Shown here: piece by piece, positions 1 to 12,356 of the stretch
Position numbering within the stretch: the stretch's first letter is position 1
How the letters are laid out: each line of letters begins with the position of its first letter
Source of the DNA: an uncultured bacterium
Lineage (GTDB): Bacteria; Acidobacteriota; Aminicenantia; Aminicenantales; Aminicenantaceae
NCBI GenBank assembly: GCA_965602945.1
Contig: CBFDBC010000001.1
Span: 1-52,936 of the forward strand
DNA: 52,936 bases
Direction of reading: 5' to 3'
Translations under genes and position numbers: made by a program
Notes under the pieces: model-generated
What the model was told of the DNA's origin: nothing
What the model saw: only the letters and a program-made list of their open reading frames with translations
Databases searched by the model: none

Positions 1-85
1 CCGCTTCCGGGAACATCTCCCGGGCGGATCTCTCGCTGTCTGTATAGATGACCATAGATCTTATGTGATAAACGTTTCGTCCCCG

Positions 86-1024
86 CTACTCACCCGTTGT
101 GTCGATCACCCGGAGGGCGGCCGGACGAACCGAAACCTCGAAGCCCTCGATCCCGGTCATCACCTCGCCGTCGTACTGGATCGCGATGGTGCCGCGGGCA
201 GGCTGCACCCGGAACACGGTGTCCGGGAAGATCTCCACCTCGTCCTGTTCGACGTGGCTCCCGTTCCGGATCCTGCGGCTGAGAAACAGGGAATGCGACA
301 GGGACCGGGTCCGGATGGTGCAGCAGTGGAGTCGGCCGTCGAAGGGAGTGGCTTCGGGAAACAGGCGCAGCCCGTTGGCGAAAAAGGGCGTATTGGCGAA
401 CACCATGAGCGAAAAATCCACGTCTTTTCGAAGCCGGCCGGCTTCCAGACAGACTCGCTCGGGCACGGCGCGGCTGCTGAAAGCGCGGTGGACGCCCAAG
501 GCACCCGTCAGGGCCTGTACCGTGCTCCCTCCCCGGTTGAGAATGGGGTGGCGCTGCCTGGCTCCGGCGATGAAGAGGTTGACCTCTACGCCAAGGCCCA
601 GGCTCATGGCCCCCATAAAGATGACCGGCTCCGCGCGGCCGGGAAGCCGCAGGTTTCCGGCGTCCATCCTGCGGGTCCGGCCCGATCGCAAGGCCGCGCA
701 GATAGAATCCAGCTCGTCGGCCTGCAGCCCGCGCGAGATATCGTTGGCGGAGCCCGTGCCCACCATGCCCAGGGTGGTATCCGACACCGATTGGATAATC
801 TCGGTGGCGGCCCAAGTGAAGGTGGTGTCGCCGCCCACGACCGCGATCGTGCTGAAATCCTGAGCCAGGCTCCGGGCCAGCTCTTTGAGGTGGTCCTCAC
901 TCTGGGACGTGAACCAGCGGGCAGGGATATCGAAATGACCGAACCGGGCTTCGATCCTGTTCTTCCTCCGCCGGGATTTGCCGCGTCCCGAAGAAGGATT
1001 GAAGAGAACGGCAATGGGATCCAT
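86..1024 (-). CDS. Diacylglycerol/lipid kinase family protein (YegS/BmrU-like)
   Basis: ORF 86..1057 opens with GTG. The ATG at 1024 gives the typical N-terminus MDPIAVLFNPSSGRGK. Motifs VVGGDTT (variant of GGDGT) and GTGSANDISR are present. The start is uncertain because no clear SD precedes either candidate. Confidence 0.8.
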   Translation of the reverse strand: MDPIAVLFNPSSGRGKSRRRKNRIEARFGHFDIPARWFTSQSEDHLKELARSLAQDFSTIAVVGGDTTFTWAATEIIQSVSDTTLGMVGTGSANDISRGLQADELDSICAALRSGRTRRMDAGNLRLPGRAEPVIFMGAMSLGLGVEVNLFIAGARQRHPILNRGGSTVQALTGALGVHRAFSSRAVPERVCLEAGRLRKDVDFSLMVFANTPFFANGLRLFPEATPFDGRLHCCTIRTRSLSHSLFLSRRIRNGSHVEQDEVEIFPDTVFRVQPARGTIAIQYDGEVMTGIEGFEVSVRPAALRVIDTTGE

Positions 1025-1314
1025 CGTTCGATTATAGCAGAGCCTCTCCGCCCCCACAATGTGTCCAGCCCACCCATTTTCCGGCAGCTCCGGGGAATAC
1101 GTGACCCTCCTCGTAATGCCTGCACCAGGCCAGAGAAACGGGGGCGACTTGACATGTTCCTATAATTACTATAGATTATATATGATTTAGGCCTCCCCCA
1201 AACACCGGAAGGGGAGCACTTGGTTTCCCGGTTAAAATCCGTTAGAATAGGGAAGACCTGATCGGAATCTTGACGGCTTCAGGCCTGATCAATAATTAAG
1301 GGAGGAACGAAGAG

Positions 1315-1377
1315 ATGAAAAGATTCACAGTTCCCAGAGCAGCCCACTGTTCCGAAGGCTGTCACGCAGGATCCTGA
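1315..1377 (+). CDS. Candidate 20-aa small ORF (MKRFTVPRAAHCSEGCHAGS)
   Basis: ATG at 1315 is preceded by AAGGGAGGA (1299-1307, 9-nt spacer). Stop TGA is at 1375-1377. An AT-rich promoter-like tract (about 1166-1195) lies upstream and a hairpin plus T-run lies 45 nt downstream. It is too short for any homology judgement. Confidence 0.3.
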   Translation: MKRFTVPRAAHCSEGCHAGS

Positions 1378-1420
1378 GCACGATGTAAAAAGGCTCGTTG
1401 GATACCCACGAAGTACTGAA

Positions 1421-1470
1421 AAGCCCGCTCTCTCCCTGAATGCAGGGGGAAGGAGCGGGCTTTTTATTTT
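1421..1470. terminator. Bidirectional intrinsic-terminator-like hairpin
   Basis: AAGCCCGCTC (1421-1430) pairs perfectly with GAGCGGGCTT (1453-1462), with further imperfect pairing inside. A TTTTTATTTT run (1461-1470) follows on the plus strand. The hairpin sits immediately after the TAA stop (1464-1466) of the convergent minus-strand hldC gene. Confidence 0.6.
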
Positions 1471-1970
1471 GAGGAGTTCGGGCCGGCCGGACTGGAGATC
1501 CGCTCGATGATGCGGGAGGAGGAATGCCCTGCCAGATAGGGCACGATAACCACCCGGCCGCCGGCGGCCTCCACCTCGGATTTGCCTACGACCTCGTCGG
1601 GCTTCCAGTCCCCGCCTTTGACCAGAACATCCGGCACGATCGCGCTGATGAGCCGTAGGGGGGTATCATCGGGAAACGAGATCAGGGCGTCCACACATTC
1701 CAGCGCGGACAGGATCTCGATCCGCTCTTCCAGAGGGAAAATGGGGCGTCCCGCCCCCTTAAGCTTGCGGATGGAGTCGTCCTCGTTCACAGCCACGACC
1801 AGAACGTCTCCCTGCTCACGCGCCGTATTCAGGAGGTGGATGTGTCCACCGTGCAGCAGGTCGAAACAACCGTTGGTGAAGACGACCTTAAGGCCCCGGC
1901 GGCGCCAATCCCGGCGGGCCCGGCACAGGGAATCCAGCTGGAAATGTTTGCGTCCGCTCCCGGCATTCAC
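1464..1970 (-). CDS. hldC: D-glycero-beta-D-manno-heptose 1-phosphate adenylyltransferase (RfaE domain II / HldC-type cytidylyltransferase fold)
   Basis: VFTNGCFDLLHGGHIHLL ... VVAVNEDDSIRKLKG..RPIFPLEER ... LVKGGDW closely parallels the C-terminal domain of E. coli HldE. GTG start at 1970 has GGAG 8 nt upstream. No kinase domain is attached. Confidence 0.85.
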   Translation of the reverse strand: MNAGSGRKHFQLDSLCRARRDWRRRGLKVVFTNGCFDLLHGGHIHLLNTAREQGDVLVVAVNEDDSIRKLKGAGRPIFPLEERIEILSALECVDALISFPDDTPLRLISAIVPDVLVKGGDWKPDEVVGKSEVEAAGGRVVIVPYLAGHSSSRIIERISSPAGPNSSK

Positions 1971-1992
1971 AGGTAAACTCCGCAGCTCTGCC

Positions 1993-2316
1993 TCAGTCCA
2001 TGTAGCCCAGGTCGCGCAGCTGCTGCTCGATCTTGTCCCGGTCCTGCGGCTCCAATTCTCTGGTCACCGGGATGTTTTCCAGGGGGTGCCTCTGTTTGCC
2101 CCAGCCGATCTTGCCCCAGGCACGCTCGTGCAGATAGTAGAACAACATCTTGGACGAAGCCTCCACCAAACCCGCGCCGAGGGTCAAGACCCATTCGCGC
2201 GTCAGGACATAGATGATGGTCATGGTGGTCAGGGAGGCGATCACGCGCCAACTGACCGCCTTGATGACGGTCCGTGAATGGGTCTCACCCAGTTTGCCTT
2301 TTAGACTTCTAGACAT
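1993..2316 (-). CDS. DUF2061-like small membrane protein
   Basis: ORF 1993..2385. The internal ATG at 2316 has AGGAG 6 nt upstream. SRTVIKAVSWRVIASLTTMTIIYVLT and LFYYLHERAW are typical of DUF2061. Confidence 0.6.
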   Translation of the reverse strand: MSRSLKGKLGETHSRTVIKAVSWRVIASLTTMTIIYVLTREWVLTLGAGLVEASSKMLFYYLHERAWGKIGWGKQRHPLENIPVTRELEPQDRDKIEQQLRDLGYMD

Positions 2317-2397
2317 GTATGACTCCTGGCGCCTATTTTTAGCCGGCTCCCCCAATATTTCAAGCCTCCGGCGGCCCTGAGGCACGCGGAACAGGGC

Positions 2398-3684
2398 TCA
2401 TGGTTCCCGCCGCGCGGGCGGCTTCAACCGGATCTTCTCGGGAAACTCCCATGTGTGGTCGGGGCGGAAGATGCCGTCGTCCTTCAACCGGGAGGAGACC
2501 AGGAACGAGTACAGGCTCCTGTGGTAGTCATAGGGATACCCGTCCCGCTTGTGGATCGCCAGATCCAGGTAGTAGGTGCCGTTCACCAGGTTCATGCGTT
2601 CCAGCCGGCAGGCAACCGTCCCCTGTCCCTGGGCCTCGACCGCGTCGTACTCCTCCAGCAGTGTGTTGGTCCCGTAGACCAGGGTCCCCTGCGAGTTGAA
2701 GATCCCGATCCCGAACACAAAATCCTTGATCCGGGAGTAGGCCTCGACATCCATCTCGATGATCATGCCCTCGTCCGGCGAGAAGACATGCTTCTCCTTG
2801 CCCTCCAACCCTTTCAAGCGGACCTTCTTGATCTCGATCTCCCGTTTGCCCCAGCGGTTCTCCCGACGCTCCTCTGTCTCTTCGAAGCTCTCTTCCTGTT
2901 CGATCGCCTGCTGCCGCTGCTCGAACTCATCCTCTGCCTTCTCTGTCACGTCCTGGAGATAGGCGTCGATCACACGGCGGGGCTCTCCGATGGTCTGCAC
3001 ACGGCCGTGCTTCAGCCAGGCCACGCGGTCGCAGATCTTCTCCACGGTGCTCAGGTCATGGCTGACGAACAGGATGGTCTTCTTGCGGCGCCGGAAATCA
3101 TCGATCCGGTCCAGACATTTGGGCACGAAGGAGGCGTCTCCCACCGCCAGCACCTCGTCCACCAGCAGGACGTTCGGGTTGACGTTGATGGCGATGGAAA
3201 AACCCAGGCGCATGTACATGCCGGAGGAGTAGGTCTTGACCGGGGCGTCGATGAACTCTTCGAGTTCCGCAAATCGGACGATTTCGTCGTATCTCTCGTG
3301 GATCTGTTTTTTGGTCAGGCCCAGCATGATGCCGTTGATGAAGATGTTTTCCCTTCCGGTGATCTCGGGATGGAACCCGGCCCCCAGTTCGATCAGGGCA
3401 GACACCTTGCCGCGGACCTCGACCCTCCCGGAGGTGGGTTTGGCGATGCCCGCCACGACCTTGAGCAGCGTGCTCTTGCCGGATCCGTTCTCGCCGATCA
3501 CGCCGAATGTGGTGCCGGTGTCGACATTGAAGGAGACATCATCCAGGGCGTGGACCAGTTCATCGGGCCGCAGCGACCGGAACAGGTCGCCCTTGAGCAG
3601 GGCGCTCTTGAAGGTCTTGAAGCGGTGTTGGGAGGAGTATTTCTGATAGATACGGATGAGGTTTTCGATCTCGATGGCGTGCAC
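2398..3684 (-). CDS. wzt: Polysaccharide/O-antigen ABC exporter ATP-binding protein with C-terminal Wzt-type extension
   Basis: Walker A GENGSGKST, signature YSSGMYMRL and Walker B LLVDEVLAVGD are present. An extra C-terminal region of about 180 aa (roughly 2398..2935) resembles the Wzt carbohydrate-binding domain. GTG start at 3684 follows GGAGGAGG. Confidence 0.85.
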   Translation of the reverse strand: MHAIEIENLIRIYQKYSSQHRFKTFKSALLKGDLFRSLRPDELVHALDDVSFNVDTGTTFGVIGENGSGKSTLLKVVAGIAKPTSGRVEVRGKVSALIELGAGFHPEITGRENIFINGIMLGLTKKQIHERYDEIVRFAELEEFIDAPVKTYSSGMYMRLGFSIAINVNPNVLLVDEVLAVGDASFVPKCLDRIDDFRRRKKTILFVSHDLSTVEKICDRVAWLKHGRVQTIGEPRRVIDAYLQDVTEKAEDEFEQRQQAIEQEESFEETEERRENRWGKREIEIKKVRLKGLEGKEKHVFSPDEGMIIEMDVEAYSRIKDFVFGIGIFNSQGTLVYGTNTLLEEYDAVEAQGQGTVACRLERMNLVNGTYYLDLAIHKRDGYPYDYHRSLYSFLVSSRLKDDGIFRPDHTWEFPEKIRLKPPARREP

Positions 3685-4506
3685 TTAGACCTCCTCCGGA
3701 AACGAATCCCGCAGCTTGTCAAATACATAGTATCCGATGAACAGCAGGACCAGTGAAAGCAGAAAGGTGACACCCAGGCGCTTCCACCGGATCATCTCTC
3801 CGAAAAACACACAGTTCTGATAGCCCCACATGATATGGGTCATGGGATTCAGGTCCAGCAGCAGCCTGAAGACCTGGTTGTCCTGGATGCTTTTCTGTGT
3901 GATCGGGTAGATGATGGGAGTGGCAAAAAACCAGAAGGTCAGGAGGTTGGCCAGGATGTCCTTGATGTCGCGGAAATGAACGGTGAGGGCCGAGACCAGA
4001 AGAGCCAGCCCCAGCGTGAACACGTACTGCACCAGGATCACCAGGGGCAGGAAGAGCAGGAAGGGCGTGAAGGGCTTGCCCAGGATGGGGATGAAGAGCA
4101 GCAGGATGGGCAGCCCGAACAGGAAGTGGACAAAATTGCTGGTGACGGCTACGATGGGCAGGATCTCGGTGGGGAACAGCATCTTCTTGATCAGGTTCCC
4201 CTGCATGAGCAGCACATTGGACGATTCCAGGATCGAGGGCGCGAACCACACCTGCCAGGGGAGAACCCCGCAAAACAGGAAGAGGGCATAGAGTGAGGGA
4301 GAATTCTGCATCTCCTCCCAGCGGGCCGGGATGATGTAGCCGAAGACGAACGTGTAGATGGCCAGAAGGAGCATGGGATTTATGAAAGACCACAAGAAGC
4401 CCAGAGCGGTGCCCCGGTACCGGGCCTTGAGCTCGCGGCTGACCAGGCTCTGGATGAGCACGCGATACTTGTACAGGTCCTTTATCTTAGATATCAGGTT
4501 GAGCAT
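3685..4506 (-). CDS. wzm: ABC-2 type polysaccharide exporter permease
   Basis: Six hydrophobic helices and the ABC-2 N-terminus YRVLIQSLVSRELKARYRGTALGFLW. The track ORF starts at TTG 4521. ATG 4506 with GGGAG upstream is preferred. The gene directly abuts wzt. Confidence 0.8.
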   Translation of the reverse strand: MLNLISKIKDLYKYRVLIQSLVSRELKARYRGTALGFLWSFINPMLLLAIYTFVFGYIIPARWEEMQNSPSLYALFLFCGVLPWQVWFAPSILESSNVLLMQGNLIKKMLFPTEILPIVAVTSNFVHFLFGLPILLLFIPILGKPFTPFLLFLPLVILVQYVFTLGLALLVSALTVHFRDIKDILANLLTFWFFATPIIYPITQKSIQDNQVFRLLLDLNPMTHIMWGYQNCVFFGEMIRWKRLGVTFLLSLVLLFIGYYVFDKLRDSFPEEV

Positions 4507-5213
4507 GTCTTCTCCCGGCAAATATCTCGCGGGCTTCCCGCGTATACTCTCCGTCCTTCCGGAGGAGCACGAGCGGCCTCTCGAACCGGGGCGTCTCCGC
4601 CGTAAGCCCGAACTCCGTGAGGAACAGGGTGGGGCGCTCGCCGCGGCGCGGGAGTACCGTCCGCTCCCGGCGAAGCCCCAACCCGGAAGCGGCCGCGGCT
4701 TCGCAGAACTCGGCCCGCCGGGCTTCCAGAAATACGAAACAGGCCCGGCCGCGGGGGCTCAGCAGTTCCGCCGTCTTGCGCATTATAGCAAAAATATCAC
4801 ATTTTAACTCATGTTTGGCGACGGACTTCTCGATCGAACCGGAGAGGTTCCCTCGCCCGCGGGCATGGTAGGGCGGATTCACGAAGATGAGATCAAAGGT
4901 GCGCGAAGGGCTGAACGAGACAAGATCCTGCCGCAAGACCGTGATACGGCCCTCGAGCCCGTTGAGCCGCACGTTCCTCGCGGCCAGCTCGAACAGGGTC
5001 GGCTGGACCTCTATGGCCGTGATGTGGCGGAAGGGTTTGATGCTCAGGAGGAGCGCGATGATGCCGCTGCCGGTCCCCAGTTCCAGCCCCTCGTCATCCG
5101 CACGCGGGTGAATAAAATCCGCCAAAAGGGGAGAATCCAAAGAGAAACGGTAGCCTTTTTTCTTCTGAAGCACGCGGATCCGCCCGTGATAGAAGCGATC
5201 CAGCGTCTCATCG

Positions 5214-5233
<20 letters not shown>
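4487..5233 (-). CDS. SAM-dependent N6-adenine methyltransferase, tRNA1(Val) m6A37 (YfiC/TrmN6)-like
   Basis: SAM-binding motif LELGTGSGIIALLL and catalytic NPPY (FVNPPYH). The overall layout parallels E. coli YfiC. Confidence 0.7.
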
Positions 5234-7896
<2,663 letters not shown>

Positions 7897-7900
7897 GGTC

Positions 7901-9418
7901 CTACTCCGTCTCCCCGGCAAACGCCTGGTTGAACGATGTCAGTTCCCGAGCGATGGCCTCATCCAGCTCTGCGTCGATCTTCTTTTCCTCTGCGATCTGT
8001 TTGAGCACATGGGGCAGCTCCCGCTCGAAGTGGGCGTAGAGTTTTTGTTCATAGTCCTGGATCCGATCTACGGGGAATGCGTCCAGGAATCCTCGGTTTC
8101 CGGCGTAGATAATCAGGACCTGCTGCTCGACCGACAAGGAAGAGTACTGATCCTGCTTAAGGATCTCGGTCAGCCGCGCTCCCCGGTCCAGCTGGGCCTG
8201 GCTGGCCTTGTCCAGCTCGGTCCCGAACTGGGCGAAGGTCATCAGCTCCCGGTACTGGGCCAGGTCCATCTTCAGCTGCCCCGCCACCTGCTTCATGGCC
8301 TTGATCTGGGCATTACCGCCCACCCGGGAGACCGAGATCCCCACGTTGATGGCCGGCCGGATGCCCTGGTTAAAGAGCTCCGGCTCCAGGTAGATCTGGC
8401 CGTCGGTGATGGAGATCACGTTGGTGGGGATGTATCCGGATACGTCCCCGGCCTGGGTCTCGATGATGGGCAGGGCGGTCATGGATCCGCCCCCGTTCTC
8501 CTTGTTGTACTTGGCTGCCCGCTCCAGAAGGCGGGAATGCAAGTAGAAGATGTCGCCGGGGTAGGCCTCCCGGCCCGGGGGCCGCCTCAGCAGCAGCGAG
8601 ATCTCCCGGTAGGCGGCGGCATGTTTGGAGAGGTCGTCATACACCAGCAGGACATGCTGGCCGTTGTCCCGGAAATACTCGCCGATGGCACATCCGCTGT
8701 AGGGAGCCAGATACTGCAGCGATGAGGAATCGCTCGCAGAGGAGGACACCACGATGGAATATTCCATGGCCCCGTGGTCCTCCAGCACCTTGACGATCTG
8801 GGCGACGGTGGAGTTCTTCTGCCCGATGGCCACATAGATGCAGATGACGTCCTTGCCCTTCTGATTGATGATGGTGTCGAGCGCTATGGCGGTCTTTCCG
8901 GTCTGGCGGTCACCGATGATCAGCTCCCGCTGGCCGCGGCCGATGGGGATCATGCTGTCGATGGCCTTGAGTCCGGTCTGGAGCGGCTCCCGCACGGGCA
9001 TCCGTTCCACGACTCCCGGGGCCAAACGCTCCACCATCATGTAGGCGTCGGTCTGGATGGGGCCCTTGTCGTCCAGGGGCAGGCCCAGGGGGCTGACAAC
9101 GCGGCCCACCATGTTTTGGCCAGAGGGAACCTGCATGATCTTGTGGGTGCGCTTGACCATGTCGCCCTCTTTGATCACGTGGCTCTCGCCCAGGAGCACG
9201 ACTCCCACGCTGTCTTCCTCCAGGTTCAGAGCCAGTCCGAAGATCTCATGGGGAAATGCGAGCAGCTCGTTGGACATGACCCGGTCGAGACCGTATACGC
9301 GGGCGATGCCGTCGCCCACGGAGATCACGGTTCCGACCTCTTTGACATCGATGTCGGTCTCATAGCCATCGATCTGGTGCTGGATGATCTTGCTTATTTC
9401 GTCGGCCTTGATTTGCAT
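7901..9418 (-). CDS. atpA: F1 ATP synthase subunit alpha
   Basis: Walker A GDRQTGKT, with [21 protein letters not shown] and [23 protein letters not shown]. Confidence 0.97.
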   Translation of the reverse strand: MQIKADEISKIIQHQIDGYETDIDVKEVGTVISVGDGIARVYGLDRVMSNELLAFPHEIFGLALNLEEDSVGVVLLGESHVIKEGDMVKRTHKIMQVPSGQNMVGRVVSPLGLPLDDKGPIQTDAYMMVERLAPGVVERMPVREPLQTGLKAIDSMIPIGRGQRELIIGDRQTGKTAIALDTIINQKGKDVICIYVAIGQKNSTVAQIVKVLEDHGAMEYSIVVSSSASDSSSLQYLAPYSGCAIGEYFRDNGQHVLLVYDDLSKHAAAYREISLLLRRPPGREAYPGDIFYLHSRLLERAAKYNKENGGGSMTALPIIETQAGDVSGYIPTNVISITDGQIYLEPELFNQGIRPAINVGISVSRVGGNAQIKAMKQVAGQLKMDLAQYRELMTFAQFGTELDKASQAQLDRGARLTEILKQDQYSSLSVEQQVLIIYAGNRGFLDAFPVDRIQDYEQKLYAHFERELPHVLKQIAEEKKIDAELDEAIARELTSFNQAFAGETE

Positions 9419-9426
9419 GGTTATAT

Positions 9427-9969
9427 CTACCCTTCAATGATATGTTCTTTGAGCCTTTCCAGGCTGCCCTTCAGCGAGACATCGTACACGATATTGCCCT
9501 TGCGCAGGGTCAGCCCCCCGATGAGGGAGGGATCCTGCCGGTACTTCAGGACCACCGGCCGCCGTTCGATCCTCTCCAGCTTCTCCTGCAGGGCCGTTCG
9601 CTGGGAAGACGTCAGCGGCACGACCGAGAAGACCTCGAGGGTGGCGACGCCGCGGGCCTCGTTCCACAAGTCGGGGAGCAGAGTGACGATCTCGGGCAGG
9701 AGGTCAAGCCTCTCCTTTTCCAGGAGCAGCATGAAAAACCGCCGCACCTTTGGCTGCAGAGATAACCGGCCCATGACCTCGGTCGCGATCTTCTGCTTTC
9801 GTGACGCAGGCACGAACGGGGTCAGCAGGACCTTCCCCAGGTCCTTCTGTTCCTCCATCAGGCTCGAGAGGGAAATCAGTTCTCCCAGGACCGGGGCGAA
9901 CTCCTCCTCAGTCCGGAGCGAACCCAGCAGCCCCTGACAATAGCGCTTAACCAGAACCTGACTTTTCAT
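9427..9969 (-). CDS. atpH: F1 ATP synthase subunit delta (OSCP)
   Basis: Position between b and alpha, a size of 180 aa, and the C-terminal motif [28 protein letters not shown]. Confidence 0.85.
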   Translation of the reverse strand: MKSQVLVKRYCQGLLGSLRTEEEFAPVLGELISLSSLMEEQKDLGKVLLTPFVPASRKQKIATEVMGRLSLQPKVRRFFMLLLEKERLDLLPEIVTLLPDLWNEARGVATLEVFSVVPLTSSQRTALQEKLERIERRPVVLKYRQDPSLIGGLTLRKGNIVYDVSLKGSLERLKEHIIEG

Positions 9970-10531
9970 ATAAGCTCTCGAGTCTTTGGATGGATCTGTC
10001 TATGAGCGCGGCCTGGCGGTCAGCCGTGAGCCTGGCCCGGATCTTCTCCCGTGCCTGCTCCGTGGCCAGCCCGGCCGCATATTCTCGCAGCTCCCGTGTA
10101 ACACTCTGGGAGATCAGGACGATCTCCTGCTGAGCCAGCTGCTGGAGCCGCTCGGATTCCAGGCGGGCACGGTCGACGATCCCCTCCTTATCGGCCTGCC
10201 CTCGCTCTTCCGCGTCGGACCGGATGCGGGCGATCTCCCCGGTCAGCTCCTCCAGACGCCCCCGCGCCTCCTCCAGCCGCGCCTCAGAGGCCTTACGCGC
10301 TTCGCGTGTGTCCTTGATGGAGCGCTCGATCCCCAGCCCCCTCTTCTCCAGGAACTTTCTCAGGGGCCTGTTCAGAAGGAAACCGAGCCCGCCGAACAGG
10401 ACGACAAAATTCACGATCTTGCCCACCATTTCCATGGGGTCGGATCCATGATCCTCGCCTTCGCTGGACATGAACATCAGCAGTGGCAGCACCAGCAGGA
10501 GGGCGACAAGATGCCTGCGCAGATGACTCAC
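9947..10531 (-). CDS. atpF: Fo ATP synthase subunit b
   Basis: Hydrophobic anchor IVNFVVLFGGLGFLL followed by a long charged coiled-coil. GTG 10531 overlaps the b' stop (GTGA) and adds a signal-peptide-like segment HLVALLLVLPLLMFM. An alternative start at MEMVGK (10435) cannot be excluded. Confidence 0.8.
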   Translation of the reverse strand: MSHLRRHLVALLLVLPLLMFMSSEGEDHGSDPMEMVGKIVNFVVLFGGLGFLLNRPLRKFLEKRGLGIERSIKDTREARKASEARLEEARGRLEELTGEIARIRSDAEERGQADKEGIVDRARLESERLQQLAQQEIVLISQSVTRELREYAAGLATEQAREKIRARLTADRQAALIDRSIQRLESLYEKSGSG

Positions 10532-10944
10532 GAGAGCAACTTCTCCTCGATCTTCTCGGCCATGCGAGCGCTCTCCTGCTTGAGGTCGGACTTCAAGTCC
10601 TTGACCTGCTTCTGCAGTTCATGGCGGGCCTCATCCACCTGGGCCCGGCACTCTTTGGAAACCTCCGCCAGCATCTTCTCTTTTTCTATCAGGGCCTCTT
10701 TTTCCAGCGAGTCCTGGATCGCATAGGCGGCCGCACGGGCTTTTTTGACATCCTCTTCGATCTGCTGGAGGCTGCTGGTGTATTCCTGCTCTGCCCGCTC
10801 TCCCGCTTCCCGATCCGTTGCGAGGCCTTCGTCCCGGTCGCGCATGACGCGGCGGATGGGATTGAATACCGTCTTGGTAAGCACCAGGACGAGGACCCAC
10901 ACTATGGCGATGACGAGGATGATGCTGGGGTCGATCTGAAGCAT
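10528..10944 (-). CDS. Fo ATP synthase subunit b' (second b-type stator subunit)
   Basis: Single N-terminal TM helix IILVIAIVWVLVLVL, then a charged helical region. It lies immediately upstream of atpF. Confidence 0.75.
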   Translation of the reverse strand: MLQIDPSIILVIAIVWVLVLVLTKTVFNPIRRVMRDRDEGLATDREAGERAEQEYTSSLQQIEEDVKKARAAAYAIQDSLEKEALIEKEKMLAEVSKECRAQVDEARHELQKQVKDLKSDLKQESARMAEKIEEKLLS

Positions 10945-11048
10945 GGTCTTCTGTCTATCCTGAAATTAATGATATAATCCGCATCCCTTTAAATCCGGCC
11001 AAAAATAGAAGGAATATTTACCACTTTTTAGAGAAAAAAGCAAACGTA

Positions 11049-12356
11049 TCAGTTCAGCACGGACAGCGGATCGGGGAACCGTTTTTTGACCTCGCCCACC
11101 AGAAAAAGCGATCCGGCGATGACGACCGCTCGCCCTTCTCCAGCCAGGCCCAACGCCCGGCGAACCGCACTAGCCGTGTCTGGTTCCTGCTCCACCCGGT
11201 GGAGGAAGTCGGGCGCGCAACGGGCGATCTCATCGGGAGAGGCCGCCCGGTCATTAGGATACCGCGTCAGGATGATCCGCTCGGCCAGGGGGAAGAGGAC
11301 CCGGGCCATCTCCCCGATCTTCTTATCCTGCATGGTGGCGAAGACCAGGATCACGGGCGGGCCCAGCCGCCCCTGGATGAACTCCCGCAGGGCCAGCGCA
11401 CCTTCCAGGTTATGGGCCCCGTCCATCACGACGCGGGGATGATCCAGGAACGTCTCCAGGCGGCCTTCCCAGCTGGTCGTCGCTATCCCGGTCAGGATCT
11501 TCTCCGTTTCGATCGGCTGCCACAGGCGGCCGATTTCACGCGCGGCGCTCAGGGCCACGGCCGCGTTCTTCCCCTGGTGCAGTCCGGGAAGCGATGGAGT
11601 GATGATATGGGCCTCCGCCTCGGTCGCGTACGAGAACCTGTCTTCCTCGTCCCCCGATTCCAGGGTCAAAGCGTTCCCCTGGCCAAAGACCTCGATGAAG
11701 GGCGCCGCGTGTTCTTCGGCCCGCCGCCGGATGGTCCCTACCGCCTCCCGGGCCTCCGCCCCGCACACCACGGGAACGCCGGGTTTTATGATGCCGGCCT
11801 TTTCGAAGGCGATCTCAGCCAGGCTCTCGCCCAGGGACCTTTGATGCTCCTCGGAAATGGTGGTGATGACCGACAGCTCGGGAAAGACCACGTTGGTGGC
11901 GTCGAACCGCCCGCCCATGCCCACCTCCAGGACCGCCATGTCGACCCGTTCCTCCGCGAAGAACATGAAGGCCGCACATGTGAGAAGCTCAAAATGTGTG
12001 GGAGGCGACGCCAGCTTCCCAGAACCGATGAGCCGCTCGATCTGAGAGCGCAGCCGCGTCAGGATCCGGCTGAAAGCCTTCGCGGAGATCGGCTCGCCGC
12101 CGATCCGGATCCGCTCTTCGTAGCGGACCAGATGGGGCGAGGTATAGAGCCCGGTCCTGAATCCCTGCAGCGTCAGGATCCGTGTCAGCATTGCACACAC
12201 TGATCCCTTCCCGTTGGATCCGGCCACCAGCACGCTGGGATAGGTTTGATGTGGGTTCCCCAGGGAAGCGAGGATGGTCCGGACATTGTCGAGCCCGAAC
12301 TTCATCCCCAGGGTCTGGATCTGCTCCAGGTAGCTCAGGCACTGCCGGTAGGTCAT
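11049..12356 (-). CDS. folC: Bifunctional folylpolyglutamate synthase / dihydrofolate synthase
   Basis: Mur-ligase P-loop VAGSNGKGS and LYTSPHLVRYEERI. ATGA overlap with the accD stop at 12353-12356. The accD-folC order matches E. coli. Confidence 0.9.
   Translation of the reverse strand: MTYRQCLSYLEQIQTLGMKFGLDNVRTILASLGNPHQTYPSVLVAGSNGKGSVCAMLTRILTLQGFRTGLYTSPHLVRYEERIRIGGEPISAKAFSRILTRLRSQIERLIGSGKLASPPTHFELLTCAAFMFFAEERVDMAVLEVGMGGRFDATNVVFPELSVITTISEEHQRSLGESLAEIAFEKAGIIKPGVPVVCGAEAREAVGTIRRRAEEHAAPFIEVFGQGNALTLESGDEEDRFSYATEAEAHIITPSLPGLHQGKNAAVALSAAREIGRLWQPIETEKILTGIATTSWEGRLETFLDHPRVVMDGAHNLEGALALREFIQGRLGPPVILVFATMQDKKIGEMARVLFPLAERIILTRYPNDRAASPDEIARCAPDFLHRVEQEPDTASAVRRALGLAGEGRAVVIAGSLFLVGEVKKRFPDPLSVLN

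Noticed and set aside
1-55. Possible 5' end of a minus-strand gene (ATG at 55; MVIYTDSERSAREMFPEA...) running off the window.
   Set aside because: Only 18 codons are visible and there is no recognisable motif. It cannot be supported.
65-1165. Long antisense shadow ORFs opposite well-supported genes. Examples are 65..1165, 2455..3756, 5588..7387, 7601..8725, 8774..9937, 13729..14763, 20137..21171, 21425..22819, 31258..33015, 38920..39942, 42743..43591, 43780..44745 and 46855..48591.
   Set aside because: Their translations are Arg/Gly/Pro/His/Asp-rich low-complexity strings with no recognisable motifs. Each fully overlaps a gene with clear family signatures. Long open antisense frames are expected in GC-rich DNA.
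1230-1255. GGTTAAAATCC and AGGGAAG strings reminiscent of cobalamin-riboswitch core elements, tempting given the four B12-type enzymes.
   Set aside because: The elements are in the wrong order relative to the riboswitch consensus. No B12-box (GCCACTG-like) is present, and the downstream ORF is unrelated to cobalamin. This is not supported without a covariance-model hit.
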